This document shows, in pieces, positions 29,208 to 43,615 of a stretch of 64,000 nucleotides of DNA. The number at the start of each line of letters is the position of its first letter. Within the stretch, counting starts at the first letter, position 1. The stretch lies in assembly GCA_964187785.1 (NCBI GenBank), contig OZ076409.1, positions 97,280,001 through 97,344,000 of the forward strand. Direction: 5' to 3'. Made by a program: the position numbers and the translations under genes. The notes under the pieces are model-generated. The model was not told the origin of the DNA. It worked only from the letters and a program-made list of their open reading frames with translations, and did not search any database. The stretch comes from Amphiscolops sp. MND2022 (Eukaryota).

Positions 29208-30894
29208 CAGTGCTGACCAGTTAAACCAATAATTTTACCAACGTTTAAACATTCTTTAAAATACATTGGTTATATTAACACTATTATATTGTTAAAGTTT
29301 AAACAATCGTAGGTTAAACTATTATATTGTTAAAGTTTAAACAATCGTAGTTTAAACTATTGTTTAAATAGTCAATTAACAACTTATCAGATAACGCTTT
29401 CTGATTGGCTAATGTTGTTTTACCCTTAAATTGTGTACGTGCACGTCCTCTTGAGCAGTGCAAACCACAAACAGAAAGTTTCAGTCACGCTAGTAATTTA
29501 TTTGTATCCTATAGTTTCATTCATCTATTTACATTTTATGTTTACTAACTACATGCTTAAAAGTCTAATCTATTTTCAGAATATCTGTTTTTTAACAATG
29601 GGACGACCAAAATCATCCGAAATAAAAGTATATGACAGCAAATTGACGAAAGACAACGACGAAGAGTTCAAATGTGTATCTTCTGGCCATATACTGTCAA
29701 GTATTAAAGCAAATAATTTTCTCAGCCATGCCCGGACGAAATTGAAGAAGCTAAATCAAACAAACAGGCCAAACAACTTACAATCTCTGATTCATTCGAA
29801 GTCTTATCAAATGCTGACCGAAACATTCAATAAGTTGCAATTGCTTTTGCAAAAACTACTCTTCCAATTAACGTTTTTCGATCTGACAAAACCAGAGACT
29901 TTTTAAATGCGGTTATCAAACTTGGTAGAGTTCCCAATACAAAACGATCGAAGAGTCTATTTATAATCTTGCCAAATCTCTCCTAGAACGTATCAAACAA
30001 AGCAGATTTCTCTGGTGTTCAACTGGACCATCGGAGTAACCGTCAGATTTACTAATCAGTAGCGAGAAAAACGAAGCACAGTCCTATATTATGAAATTCG
30101 AAGAGAGAATTGGAGAAAGTGCAGGTGTAGTTGATGTTACAAACAATACAATTGGAGACGACGAACTTGATCCAATTGATCAATTATTTCAGGGACAAAG
30201 AACAAAGCGAATTGTAAAAGTTTCACTGCGGTTTGAGTTAGCAATTTTTTGAAAACAATTGATCAGCCAGATGTTTATGCTTTCGAGGTTTTCAAAAAGT
30301 TACGAATCAAAGAATATTTCAGAAATTGGCAAAAGTTGCGAGGTTCATTTTGGGCATGTTACTATCTCCGGCAATATGTGAACAAACATTTTCGAAAGCC
30401 TCGTCTTTGAGTGATAATAGAAAAAATCGACTTTCGATGAACTCAATTAAACATAAATCAATAATCATGTCATTACGATACACATCCCGGTAACGAACTA
30501 GCAGGATCCTGCTAGTTCGATTTTTGTCCAATCAGAGCGCGAATATTTTTTTTGGAAGTTTTTCAACTTGTCACACATTACGCGCATTGATAGGACGTTA
30601 CACTAGTTGACACAGCTTCGTACGTTGACTAGTTTACACCATTGGATAGTACTGAAATTGACTTGACTAACTTACGCTGAATGACCATTTTACGGATTAC
30701 ACAGATTACGCTGCGTGACTGAAATCCATTTTACCGGGATGTGTATCGTATTGGTAATTTTTGAAACAAAGTTCATGTGATATCAAAATTGTTTTTACTC
30801 AACGTTAAAAGAATGTTTAAACAATAGTTTAAATTCTTAAATTATAGTTTAAACGATGGGTTATTGGTTAAATTAATGGACCCGGTCAACCCTG
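29208..30894 (+). mobile_element. Internally deleted hAT transposon
   Basis: Imperfect TIRs CAGTGCTGACCAG / CCGGTCAACCCTG; degenerate 8-bp TSD CTGTTACC / CTGCTTCC; BED-like start MGRPK..FKC..NFLSH; hAT dimerisation-like LAKVARFILG..CEQTFSKA..RKNRL near 30320-30440. Confidence 0.75.
30471..30753. mobile_element. MITE with CATTACGA termini nested in the hAT remnant
   Basis: 23-bp TIRs CA(T/A)TACGATACACATCCCGGTAA (22/23 match); GT duplicated on both flanks. Confidence 0.75.
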
Positions 30895-32491
30895 CTGCTT
30901 CCCTTCAACAACACCTAGGCAGACATCAAACCAACGGCCATCTGCTTGAGAAACACGCATGGTACAAACTTCGTTGGAAAAGTGGACACTTCGCATATAT
31001 TCTCGCGGTTTTACGAAAACAACTGTAGTAATCGGGCACATTTTTGTACAAAATGCTCCGACCAGAAATGATTCCTGGCCTAGGACGAAAAAATCTCTGG
31101 TATCTAGTTTCTCGGAACGGGACGTTTTGAGCATTCGCGAAAGATTCTATGTTGTAACAAAAAGGGCACTTTTCGGAAATTAAAATTGCCAACAGCTACG
31201 TGGAGAAGCTACTGGAACTGACTAATTGGACCAGCAGCAATTCGTCAATGTTAAAATTCAATTCTCTATCCAAATTCACAAGCAGTATTTGATTTTTTGC
31301 TGGACCTGGAAATCCTCATCATTCTCTTACAAATACAAAAATAGGAAATACGAAACCCGGTAGCATTGAGAATTCTAGTAGGCGCTTTTTAGAAAGGTTT
31401 TTAGGCGCTTTGGCAAGCTGTTTCTTTCAGTCACACTGTACCATCCATGCTTATGAATTTGGAATGTGGTCATTAATTTCATTTCAAGTAGAAGTGGGTT
31501 CACGAACGGTGCTGAGCGAAAATTTCCAGGCCTGGTGATGACAAACATAGGTTCGAGTTACGCACTAAACCAATATTTATTGCTTGCAAAATCAGATGAA
31601 AGGGCAAAGGGACCCCTTCGGTTTTTTGCCACTACGCGACTTTTTCAAATTACTATAAACAAAACGTTTTGCGAGCGCAAATTGTCGTCTTAAAGGTTTT
31701 CGGCACTATACGACTTATCGAAGACAATTTAGGTTCTTTGAAAGGTTTTTGGTTGAGGTAAATCGTTTGCCAAAGTTTAAGGGTGACCTGTGATTGTTTT
31801 GTAGTTCGGTGGGACTGATGAGAGTTTTCTCAATAATTGTGCAAAGAACACACAGTTTTTTGGCAATGGACTACATTTTCTAAGCAATTCGTTTCCATCA
31901 GAATGGTACCCCTTCTTTTTTTAAAAAAAAAACTTTTCGCCTGGGATCGTTTTGCAAAATTCTTTAGGTTTTTCGACATTAAAACTTTTTCGACACTCTT
32001 TGAGACTTTTACGAAAATGAATTGTGGTTTTTGATATTCTGAGCTGTTTAAAAAGCAGTTTTCGAGTCTTTTGGGTTTTCAGGTATTTTTGGCACTGTAA
32101 GTTCAATGAAAATTCAAAGGAGCAATCCTTTGCATAGTTGTAACACTTTGCTTGAAACTTTGGCGAGGCGCTCTCTTCAGCCGTTACCAACTTGTTTTCT
32201 ATACAGTTGTGAACGTTTTGGAAAAAAATAGAATCTTTGACACGTGTTTGACTAAAGAAAAGCAAGTGTGTGAGTGTTTCTGAGGAACTGAAAACTTGAT
32301 CGTTCATGATTCGTTCGAAAAACTGGCAAACTTCAAAGAAGTCTTTCCACGTCAAAAGTTGGTTGTACTCAAAACTCGCATGTTCGATTCTTCAAGAAAA
32401 ATTTCTTCTGAGTTTTTCACGTCGTTTTCGAACTAACCTATAAGGTATGACAAAGTGAGATTTAGACACTGCTCACCCGCCTTGTTCCAGA

Positions 32492-33091
32492 CGGTGTGCG
32501 TTCATTTCACCCCAAAATCATTTCACCCCATATCATTTCACCCCATGTCAATTCACCCCACATTCATTTCACCCCACGTTCATTTCACCCCAAATTCATT
32601 TCACCCCAACAATTAAACTTTGATGCCTACTGTTTTTGAGTTAGCTTTGAGGTTTCTGGACTGTAGGAAACTTTTTTGCAGTAGGAAAACGGAATAAGAA
32701 ATTTTTTGCTGCAGATTCGCAGCATCCATAATTGTAGATTTTGATTGACAGAAAAAATGATTTATCTGAGCTCCTTGTTTAGAAGTATTACAATTCCGAT
32801 AAGTGAAGCTTTTCGGTTCCGATTTTGTGGTTCACATAGCAAGCATCGTTTGCTTATCTAATTGGTAATTAGAACCAAGACGTTTTTCTATTAGCGCTAA
32901 GATTGAAATTGGGTGGCTTTAGTGATTAATGTGAAACGCATTTGATAATTTAAATGTGGGGTGAAATGATTTTGGGGTGAAATGAACGTGGGGTGAAATG
33001 ATTTTGGGGTGAAATGAACGTGGGGTGAAATGATTTTGGGGTGAAATGAACCTGGGGTGAAATGAACCTGGGGTGAAATGATACTAAACCG
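32492..33091. mobile_element. Foldback-type element with arms of CATTTCACCCC repeats
   Basis: Left arm of about 6 TTCACCCC units; right arm of about 7 GGGGTGAAATGA units; CGGT...ACCG ends. Confidence 0.75.
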
Positions 33092-34870
33092 TTCGACAAA
33101 ACTGTATAAGCTGAATCAGAAAACAATGCAATTAGAAAACACACAGAAGTTTGACATTGGTAGATTCGTGCACCCACAGTTTTCATGGTAAAACAATATA
33201 ATTCGGAAGTTTCGTCTATCTTTCGAATGATGCGCGTTTTAGTTCTGTGCTGTAACGTCATTATCCTAAGGTTAGTGAGCGTTCCTGCATACTTCAGAGG
33301 TCTGAAAACGGCAGTTAGTTGAAAAACTTTATATTGGCTATATTGCGTAAAATGAAGTATCCAAACTATCAAACATTTACTTACAAATACCTGAAAAACG
33401 AAACGAAAGTCCATATTTCCGCCTACAAAACACAGAATCAAGGCCTCAAAGAGAACTTTTATGAGTTTAGGTTTATGAGGTTCCGCACGAAACGTTGTAT
33501 TCGCATCTTCATGTGTATCTTCCTGTTCTGTGGAATATTTTCAGGAATATCTATATTATAACTGGCGGCTTGTGTGTGTTAATACAGTCCTACGCTGTGC
33601 TGGGATGGGTGGTTTTTCTACATTTTTTGTTTTCTACACTGATTTTGGGTACGTGCTAACTGCGCCATTTTCGTGTAACCTGGCGGCTAACTTACATATA
33701 TATGTTTCATCAGTATTATTAGGAACTGGTACATTCGATTTGCAACAATACAAACGCCCGACACGGGGTATATAAATGTTGCCGGAAACAATTATTGTCG
33801 ACATAATCCTTTTTTCTTACCTGCGTGTATGTATAAGCGTGTGGTACAAGCTATATTGGTAAAATTGAACCAGTTATTTTGCCCATTTGGATCGGATAAG
33901 AGTGTGTCTTCATCAAAAACTTGTTATTTTTTCAAAAAAAGAGAAACATCATGGAGCTGATGAGGAACTTTTCCAATGTTTACACTTTGATACCTCCATT
34001 ACTTATCTGTCTTAAAGTGAATAATCAGTAAAAAGGAAAGGATTAACTGTTAGCAAAAGGTTGCGCATCGACAAAAAGCTCAAAGAAGTGTTTGATCTCA
34101 TTCAGTCAATACAAAAGGTGGAACTCAGGGGACCCTTTGAGATCCCACGATGCACTCCAGATCGTTGAGTAACTCGGTTCAAAAACTAGGCAAACATTTT
34201 TTTGGACCCATCCCAACTACCACCTCTGCGGACATGAAAAATGTTTGTCCAGCGTGTGATTCGAAGCCACATACTCCTGCATCCCAAGCCTATCTGAAGC
34301 AGACACAGGTATACGACACTAGACCAAGTGGTTGTTTATAGTTTCAGGACAAAAAGTTTGGAGAAAATGTTCTTAAAAAACCAGAAGCCGCAAACTTCGC
34401 CATAAAACAAAAGTAAAAAGTAAGAAAAGGAACAGATTTGTATCATATCGGAATATTTTGATTAAGCTACAAAAAATTATGAACGTCGTGGCGTTACAAT
34501 CAGGGGCTTTCAAAAACTGAATAAAATTCAATAAGTTGCAATTAAATTGGTTCAAAATGCAATTGGATAAATTAAGGCAAATGAAAAATTGATTGATTTC
34601 AATGCAATTTTTTGCAATTATTGTTTAGCAAAACCAAATGCCAGAAACTGCCAAACATTAGTACTTAAGTAGGATATCTTTCTATTACCTCTTCGTATAA
34701 AGGCAATTACAATCATTTACAAGCATTGCGGTACTATAAAAATCGAATCAAAGGATTTATTCGAGGTCCACCAAGAGTCCAAATATTTCTTCAAGCTGCT
34801 TGACCGCTCTGGTTGCACTATATCCTGTTTCCTGACATACTTTTATTTTCTGCGTCAGAAATGACAATGA

Positions 34871-35122
34871 CTAAAAATCTTCTGAATGTCCCTTTTTGTT
34901 GGTCACAATCGGTCCTTGATGAGTCTTTAGCCTTGTTGCTTTCGAAAGGCCAGCACCCTTGATATGGTCCGATATATGGTTGGTCTTCCTTATGGTGAAG
35001 GACTTGACACAGATATCGCAGATTACTTCAAAATTGTCGACATCAGTTTTAATGATCTTCAGAAAGGTGTGAGACGCAACTTTGTTCCGTAATGTCACCA
35101 TGGAAGCCGGCTGTGCTGGCAT
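34871..35122 (-). pseudogene. Zinc-finger N-terminus of a decayed transposase
   Basis: ICDICVKSFTIRKTNHISDHIK; adjacent TTTCGGCA subrepeats at 35246-35310. Confidence 0.4.
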
Positions 35123-35599
35123 CTTGGCGCTATACAGATTGAAATAAAACGTTAACAGGTCAACTACACAATATATTTCGGAGAAATACAACGTTAACAG
35201 ATCAACTACACAATATATTTCTAAGAAATAGCATACATGTAGTGAATTTCGGCACTGCTCCAGTTTTCGGCACTAAACTGGTGTTTTCGGCATTTTCGGC
35301 ACTTTTCGGCTCAACCGAAAATTAGTTTTCCTGCTGATAAGAAACAACAAAGCAATTGTGACGCTATAGAATACTCGTTTGCATTTCGGACCAATACGAA
35401 AATACAAAGAAATCATCATGATACCGCTATCCAATATTCATTTGAATTGTTTGAACAAGAATGTGCCTTAGCATTGAAATTGTTGTAATTTCCATGCATA
35501 ATTGCTCCGCTATATGTAGAAATTCCACTGTAACAGTAGCGTCAATTATGACAAGTTATTATTCAAAGAATTCTCGGATTGCCTAACGTTATTTCACCA

Positions 35600-37000
35600 G
35601 GTATTTAACTAAACCCGACAGTTGGAATTGCATTACGACAAAGTTTCATCCTGAAAAGAGGGTAGAGTGTGGACAAATCTTATGAATCATTTGAGAAGTC
35701 AACAGCCAGAATATTAGGAAATTAATTCAAATAATATGGTTATCCCGGCATCCTTTTCTAAATGTGAAAACGCTAAGCCCACTAAAGCTTATATTTATTA
35801 TAGTTGGCTTGACTGGGTGATATCCTTCTCAAACCAATCAGTTGTGTTGCAGAGCCGTCGACGAGAGAATATTCAAAACTTGAAAAGATAAGTCTAAATA
35901 ATTTGATATTCTACTTGGAAAAATTAACCAGGGTTGTCTAAGGAGAAATATCAAGTTCATTTCGAAACAAGTTTGCTATTGTGATTGATGGTTTGACATC
36001 CAGCTCAACAGACTTTGTGGGAATTTTTGTGTCCTATCCAAAGAAAAATATGTCAGTTGGCATAAGTTTTATTCGCATTCTTCCCACCCACTAGCAAATT
36101 TGAAAAAAAATCTATTGAACATTGTTGCCATAACCGGGGAAATCACACCGAGTTAAATGAAAGCTTCGCCAATGAATGTCATTTGCCTCTAATAGGATGT
36201 GCTGCATACAAATTCAACCTTGCTTTATCTTGTCTTCCTATTTTGAACGTTCAGGTGAACTCTTATCAAAACTGAACTATTTAATCTTGAAAATATTGAA
36301 AACATTGAAATTTGCTGGAGAATTTTGACAATTTCCGAAACTTACTGGAGCATTTAGAAAGAAAACAAGATGAATGAGCACCATGAAAACGTTTGAAGTA
36401 TTTTTTGAACTGCGTCCATTTCTTCACAAACTTCAAGTTTTTATCGTTCGATCAATCCATTTGCAAATGCCAGGGAAACGGAAGAGTTGATGGTTCTTCG
36501 AGAAAAATCGAAGCATTCATATTCTGTAACGAATGCCCTCTAACGAGAAGTTATAGATCTGGGAAGAACTTGGAAAGTTTGCAGAAGTTGAATTCCGAGT
36601 TTATTTACAACTGCATTCGTCAATAGTCCAAAAACCTGAATTTGAGAGTGAATTGCGAAAAATTCCCAACAAAAAAGTTTCGGTAATATCAGACGAAGAA
36701 CAAAACGCGCTTTCGCCAACCGAAACTAACGAAGTTTCCACAGCGAGAAGGCGCAGCTCCGAAGGTGATGAATTTGCAACGTCCTAATTAAAACGACATC
36801 TAGAAGAGGCAAAAGAAATTATGTCAAAGTATTTTATTCCAAATTTGTTTTGCCAACATCTGATATCACAGGAAGGTTCTCCACTTCTGCCGGATATGCG
36901 TACAATGAGAATTGGAAAAACATGCTGCCCATAAACCTTGAAAAACAACCTTTTTTTGGAACTGAATTTTTTTCTGGAATTTTGATGACTTTAATAAAAA
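35600..37000 (+). pseudogene. Decayed hAT-like transposase
   Basis: Frame-broken motifs: LMNHLRSQ, SWLDWV, KFAIVIDG, LIGCAAYKFNLA, KTR(stop) at the TRW position, PTSD, MLPINLEKQ. Confidence 0.6.
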
Positions 37001-37752
37001 AATAATTGATTGGTCTACGTGCGATTAATTTTTGAAAGCCCCTTGTTACTATTGAAAACCATTATTTAATCTTTTATTTTCATTTCAATTATATGGTAAT
37101 GAATTCATTCAGTTTAATTTGTGTTATGGGTTACTCCAGTGTCAATCATCTTAGTCAAACCTGCCTAGAAATTTGTATTGATGCTGCATTTGTGCATGCA
37201 ATGTCTTTTTTTTACAGAACGTTTCAGGAGGTTGCAAGAAAAACTTGATTGAAATTTCAATTAAGATTAAATTTGTGAAAACTACATTATGATCTTGCTT
37301 TATTTTTCTACAATTAACATTATTTAAAGATCATTGCAATGTTCATACACCGAATTTAATGAGTTCTTTACATTGACTAGGTTACCATGAAGGTAAGACA
37401 TTCGAATTCTCGATCTTTTAATTATTTGCTTCATTTATTCATTTTGCTAACTTCGCTGATTTATGTATTCTGATCAGAATCCTAAGTGTAATCAAAATAA
37501 GTGCGTTTTTAAGGTTTTCGCTTGTGATATTGGCTGTCCCCAGATAACTATTGGAAAAATCCTCATCTTTCATATCCCTTTCCAACAAAGAAACTTTGCA
37601 ATTATAAAGCATTTTTTGCAAGATCTCTCAAATTATCCTGTCATTTTTAATCAAGAGCAGAGTTTTGACACGCTAATCAGCGATTTACCGAATTAGCGGC
37701 CGCACAGAATTTTTCAGCGATTTCATTAGCGATTCAAATTAGCGGCAACTAA

Positions 37753-40700
37753 TGTTCTATTCTAAGGATATAGGTTAAGAGAAAAGGAAATTGTTAAAAG
37801 AGATAGATCTATGTTTGTATCACTGTATTGTAACCAAAACAAAAGTATAAATGTATGTATGGTATGAGAGTCTATTTAGAGTTTGTTGGTAAACAACTCC
37901 TAGCTTCTAGACTGCTCGTATCCGAATTTACGGTAGAGGTCAAGCCGGTATGAACCGAATATAACATTTCCCCTCTCTCTTCTCAGTTCTGGCTTGATGG
38001 TCCTGGGGGTGTATTCTCTTCGGGAAAGAAATCGGATGGCTTCTGGACCTTTTCGGGTAGAGGTGTTCCTTTGTGCCTGTTCCACAAGTTTCCTGTAATA
38101 TACATATGATTTATTACACCCGGTTGTTCTAACCCCAAAAATTTCCGGTATAAGGTATGCTACCGTATCTATTCGGTTTTTTACTATTTCGGTTTGATCG
38201 TCTTATTTGGTTTTGGTTTTCTAAATTCTCACCCGTCGTTTCTCCATCGGTGTAGATTTGTAGAGCGTCTTCTTCCGGACTAGTTCGGATCGGTACGTTA
38301 CTTCCGTTGCGTTCAGAAGTGTCATATACCTTTATTGGCGTTCCGGTTTCTTCCGGCATCTCTTCGTCGTCGTCATCATCGTCTTCGGTCTCACTTTCCG
38401 GTTGTTTCGGATTTTGTACAATTTTTAATTTGCCGTTCAGGATGTCCCGTAGGATCTCGTCCCATCGGCCATATTTCCCGTTCAAACCCCTCAAGCAGTG
38501 TCTGTTTTTGGGGTTTATCTCTCCGCTTGTGTTGATTGCCGGTTCTTTTCTGGCTTTTCTTTCGGTCTGAAACAATGGTCTCGAAATAAATTTCCGGTTT
38601 ATTATTCTTCCGGTATCTATTTTTATGGTTCTTTCGGTTCCGCTAACTGCGGGTTGTATTTTATTTTGGAATCTCCCTTCCAATGATTTTTTGTTGTAAT
38701 TTTTTTCAACAAACTTGAATGGATATCTAACCGAATTTTTTTTCGTTGGAGATTTTTGGTTTTCGGTAAGTTGTTTTTCCTCCGCTTTTGTCTTCGCCAT
38801 TACCATATGATTGGTAATCTCTCCATCCGCATCGCGGCCCACATAGATTGGTATTTTGGGTCTGGTTGGTGCTGAAATAGGCATTTCTGACCAATTAGAT
38901 AGGTATGTTTTTCCGTCTTTAACAATGTTTGTTAATTAGGTTCTCGGTTTTCTACCGTGGTGTAGTTCAAATGGTGTTATTTTTAGACCGGTATGTATTG
39001 TAAATCGCATAACCCGTGACGCTCTATTTACGCTTTCGGTTATGCCTATACCGTCTTCCAGGTTTGCTATTATTAGATTTTTGAGCGTTTGTATTGCTCT
39101 TCCTACTGCTCCGTTTACCGTATGCATTCGGGGTGTACATTATTCAATTTCGATGTTTCGATTTTTGCAAAATTCTTGGTATTCTTTCAATATAAATGCT
39201 CCGCCTTTGTCTGATTTTATTTTCTCCGGTATTCCGTATAGATTAAAGTTACTTGTTAAGAAGTTTATCACTTCTTTCGTTTCCGCTGATTTACAAATTT
39301 TTACGGTCGGCCATTTGCTAAATCTATCAACTGCAATCAGTATCTGTGTTTCGCCGTATAAATGTTTATTATGTAATTTTCCGGTAAAATCAATTTGAAT
39401 TTCTTGTCCCGGTTCGGATAGTTTTTCTAGTTTTCCGTAATGTTTTTTCGGTACTTGATATTTAAGGTTTTTACCTGATGCGAGGCATGCTGTACAGTCT
39501 TGTACTTTATTTTCGATGTCCTTCTTCATGTCCGGCCACCAGAATATTTTTGCTTCGGACATCATCTTCGTTATTCCGGAGTGGCCGAAATCTAGTATCT
39601 CCAATAGGCGGCGTTTGAGGGTGATTGGAATTACTATTTGGTCGTCGACAAAGACCAGGCCCCATCTAATTGTCAGCTTGTCGAAAACTGTCCGATATCC
39701 GTCCGGAATTGTTTCGCGGTCTTCTCTCCGCATGCTGGTTCTGACTCGGGTCAGTTCCGGATCTATGGCGGTCTTCGCTGTCATCGTTTTTAGGTCCATC
39801 ATGAAGTCGAACTCGGCTTCCTTTATGTGGTCTTCAGTTACTTTTTTGTTTGCAGTGAGTTTGCCGACAACATGGTTGATTTGAATATATTTTGCTTCTC
39901 TCCCGTCTGTGTTATACTTGCTGAGGTCTAAGATCGGTAAGTTGTCGCCTCGCAAAATTACACTGTCCTCTTCAATTTCGGCAGTCTCTACTTCTCCTTC
40001 TTCCCGCATTTCTTCGGTTTCTTCTTCTTCGAGGTTTATCGGATGATATCCACCTCCCAGTCGATTGGCTCGCCGTAATAGCTCTGCATCGATTTCGGCT
40101 ATTTTTTCTCTGCTTTTCTTGTTCGGGCGAGTTGGGACAAATACTGTCCGTTGGGTTTGGTGGTTATATCTGCGTCGTAGGGTTCCGGGTCTTGATAGTG
40201 TGCTTCTTTGCTCCACTAGTCTACTTGTCTCGGGCTGTTGTTTCGTCTCCGTATTATCTCCATGATCTCACGTGTAGCGCCTCAGTGATAGAAATTGTCT
40301 CGGTCCATTTTGGTAAATTCCGTATGAAGGTTTGGTTCAATTTTGTTTTGAACAAATTTTAAAATTTCTTTCAGTAGGCAACTTGAGCTTTGCGTGCTAA
40401 TATCGGACTGCCAGGATGTATTATTCTCGTTTTGTTGAAATTTGTTCACGCCGTAATCCTTCTGGAATTTTCTATTCGAATGTGATTGGTTGTCGATTAT
40501 CTCATTTTGTTCTTCGGATAAACCATTTTCAGTTTCAACTTTGGTTTTACTGCTTTCTGATTGGTTGGCGAATAGTTGTCCGTATTTCAAATTCAATTCG
40601 GCTTGTTCAGTCAATATGTTAATTACGTATTCCTCATCGTAATTTTCTTCCGGTATAGCTCCCCCTACCGGATTTCTGCTGAGATAATAGGTAAATTTCA

Positions 40701-43615
40701 AATTACTGCCTGCGATATGTTGTATTGATATATCAAAGTGCGTTAGGCGGTCTAACCACCTTGTCAATCTCGCGCTGTATTGTTTATTACTTCGGTTTCT
40801 TTTTATGAGTGGTTCCAATGCTTAGTGGTCGGTGTATAGGTGAACTTTCTTTCCGTATAGATAAAATTGGAATTTCTCTAATCCCCACACTACCGCCAAT
40901 AATTCCAATTCGCCGATTGAGTATTTCTGTTCGGTTTCATTCAAATATCTGCTTCCGTACGATATCGGTTTTGTAATTCCGTCATCTTGTCTTTGCCAGA
41001 GTGTTATTCCCAGCCCGGTTGTGCTGGCATCGGTTGTCACTATCTTGTCTTTTTCTTTTGCGTAGTGTGCCAAGCATGGGCCTTCGGTAAGCATTTGTTT
41101 TATTCGGTTAAAATCCGTTTCTTGTTCCGGTCCCAATTTCCATTGTTCATTCTTTTTGAGTAACTTTCTCAATCTATCGGTCCGTTCCGACCGTTTTGGT
41201 AGATATTTTGCCATGTATTGTATTGCTCCGAGAAATGATTTTAGTTCTTTTGTATTTTCCGGTGGTTTTAATTTCAATATTGCTTCCACATTTTCTTCGT
41301 TCGGTTTATTCCCGTTTTCATCAATTTCGTGTCCCAGCCATTTTGTGCGGTTCATGAAGAATTTGGATTTTTTTTACTTGCTTGGTAACCGGCTTTTTCT
41401 AGTTTAATAAAAATTTCGAATAACTTTTTCTCGTGGTCTTGTTCATTTCCTCGGGTTACCACGATAATATCGTCTAGCCAAGCAGGTGTACAGTACCCGA
41501 GTGTACGGTCGATTTTCTCTTGAAATATTGTGGGTATATCGGCCAGGTCGTAGAAACCTTTTTTGAACCGGTAGTATCCACTGAACTTTCCTCCGGTTAA
41601 TGCGAATACGCATTGTCTGCTTGTTTCTTCGGATAATTTCATTTGGCCGTACGCATAATCCAAGTCGATCTTTGACATGAATAGTTGTAGTGTTCGGTCG
41701 TCGCGTGTTATTTTTTCCGAAATTTGGTTTAACAGTTCTTCCATATTCGGCATGTGCGGTCTCGTTTTATTACAGCTGTCATTTAATTTGCGTGAGTCCA
41801 GAGCTATTTTCACCGATTTATCGTTCTTCACGGTTATTACCACCGGTGATACGAAGCAATCTTCGTCTACGTCTTTCACTTTTTCCAAATGTCCGGATTT
41901 TATTAGTTTTTGTAATTCCCGTCCTACATCTTCCTGTAGATGTAGTGGTATTGGTCTAGCTTTTTGTTTTACCGGGTAGTGTCCAGGTTTTAATTGGGAT
42001 TTAGTTCGGTATTTTTGATTGTGCCGTTGATCTCAAATAGATCCGGAATTTTGTTAATTATTTTCCCGCGTTCTGATTGGTTGTTCTCGGCTAATTGTAT
42101 TCTTCTGATTGTCAGTTTGAATTTCTTTATCCAGTCCATACCGAGTAATGGCGTTATATCTGTTCTCTCGGTTATTAGGATTTCCAGTTTTTGATTATTA
42201 TTTTCATGTTCGATGTTTACCGGAATTTTCCCCCGGAATTTCACTTCGTTTTTGTTCACATCTTGGTATCGGTTGGTTATTTTCTGAATTTCGGTTGATT
42301 TTATATTTCTTTCGTCGGGTGGCATAATTGAAATGGGTGATCCGGTGTCAATTATGAATTCTTTCTTTACCCCGTTAACTCGTACTACCGCTGTAAAGTA
42401 TTTGTTCAATTCGTTTATCTCCTTGATTTCTTTTATGTGGTGTATGCTCTCGTCTGATTCGCTTGTTGATTCGTCCGGTCCGTTCATTTCTTCTTCGGTT
42501 AGTCAATTCACTGTTCGGTTGTTATTGAATTTCTGTCTGCATGCCTTTGCGTAATGTCCCTTCTTTCCGCATTTGTTGCAGTTCGCTTCTAGTGCGGGAC
42601 ATTTGTGCATCGGTGTCAAGTTTGGAGCATTGCAAAATCTGCATGTACGGTTTCCGTAGTTTTTATTTTTCGGTCTGGTACCGATTCGTTCCATTCTTTG
42701 TATTGGTTCTTCCTTTATCATGTGTTTTTCTTTTGTTGATATCAAAGCTTCCGGTATTGTGTTCTTTTTATTCTTTTTCTCGTATGTATTTTGTTTTATC
42801 AGTTCGATTATTTTCTTCAGTTCCAGCGTTTTATCTTTCATTGTTTTGTCCCGTAGTTTTTTATCGGTGATTGCGGTCATGTATTTTGATATCAACAATT
42901 CTTCGGCTGATATTGCATTAAAGTTACACTCTTTTTCGATTTCAATTAGTCGTCTCCAGAATTCCTCTGGTGACTCATCTTCAGTTTGCTTTGCCCAAAA
43001 GAAGTCGCCTCGGTTGTGGTAAGTGTGTCTTTTCGGCATGTAGAATTCGGTGAATAACCGGATTAGGTCCTTCACTTTTATACTGTCGGGTTCCGTTTTA
43101 TATTCGGCCCTGATTATTTGGTATAGTGCTTCCGGTCCCACTCCCCATATGAAATCTTCTTGTACGGCTTGTTCTTTTCCGTTCCAATTTGCGTCCGTAA
43201 TATTTTCTCGTTTCAGTAATGGGGTAATATCGATTTTGTGTTCCCGTTTACAAAACTGCCGGAACCTTTCAAGCCATTGTCTTGGTGTAAATACTGGGTT
43301 TCCGTCTGTGGCTTTTGTTTCTATGTTTGGGCGGTATTTCTTTCAGCCATTGTTTTCCGTTATGAAGGGTTTACACAGTTTAAAAATCGGCTGACTGCGC
43401 CATGTTCTATTCTAATGATATAGGTTAAGAGAAAAGGAAATTGTTAAAAGAGATAGATCTATGTTTGTATCACTGTATTGTAACCAAAACAAAAGTATAA
43501 TATATGTATGGTATGAGAGTCTATTTAGAGTTTGTTGGTAAACAACTCCTAGCTTCTAGACTGCTGGTATCCGAATTTACGGTAGAGGTCAAGTAGGTAT
43601 GAACCGAATATAACA
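37753..43615 (-). mobile_element. Decayed full-length Ty3/Gypsy (Mag-like) LTR retrotransposon
   Basis: LTRs 37753-37966 and 43403-43615 (about 6 differences); 5-bp TSD ACTAA; PBS TGGCGCAGTC (tRNA-Ser-like); PPT at 37967-37983. Confidence 0.95.
38129..43330 (-). pseudogene. Fragmented gag-pol of the 5.9-kb Gypsy element
   Basis: CNKCGKKGHYAKAC, IDTGS, WLDD, TDAS/ELLA/YTDH, GHSG..CTAC, QIDF..KSDKG; split by several stops and frameshifts. Confidence 0.93.

Noticed and set aside
31921..32355. 144-aa minus-strand ORF as a host exon
   Set aside because: No recognisable domain or convincing splice sites; the downstream part runs into repeat-like sequence
38307..43423. Plus-strand ORFs over the small Gypsy element
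   Set aside because: Antisense shadows of the decayed gag-pol
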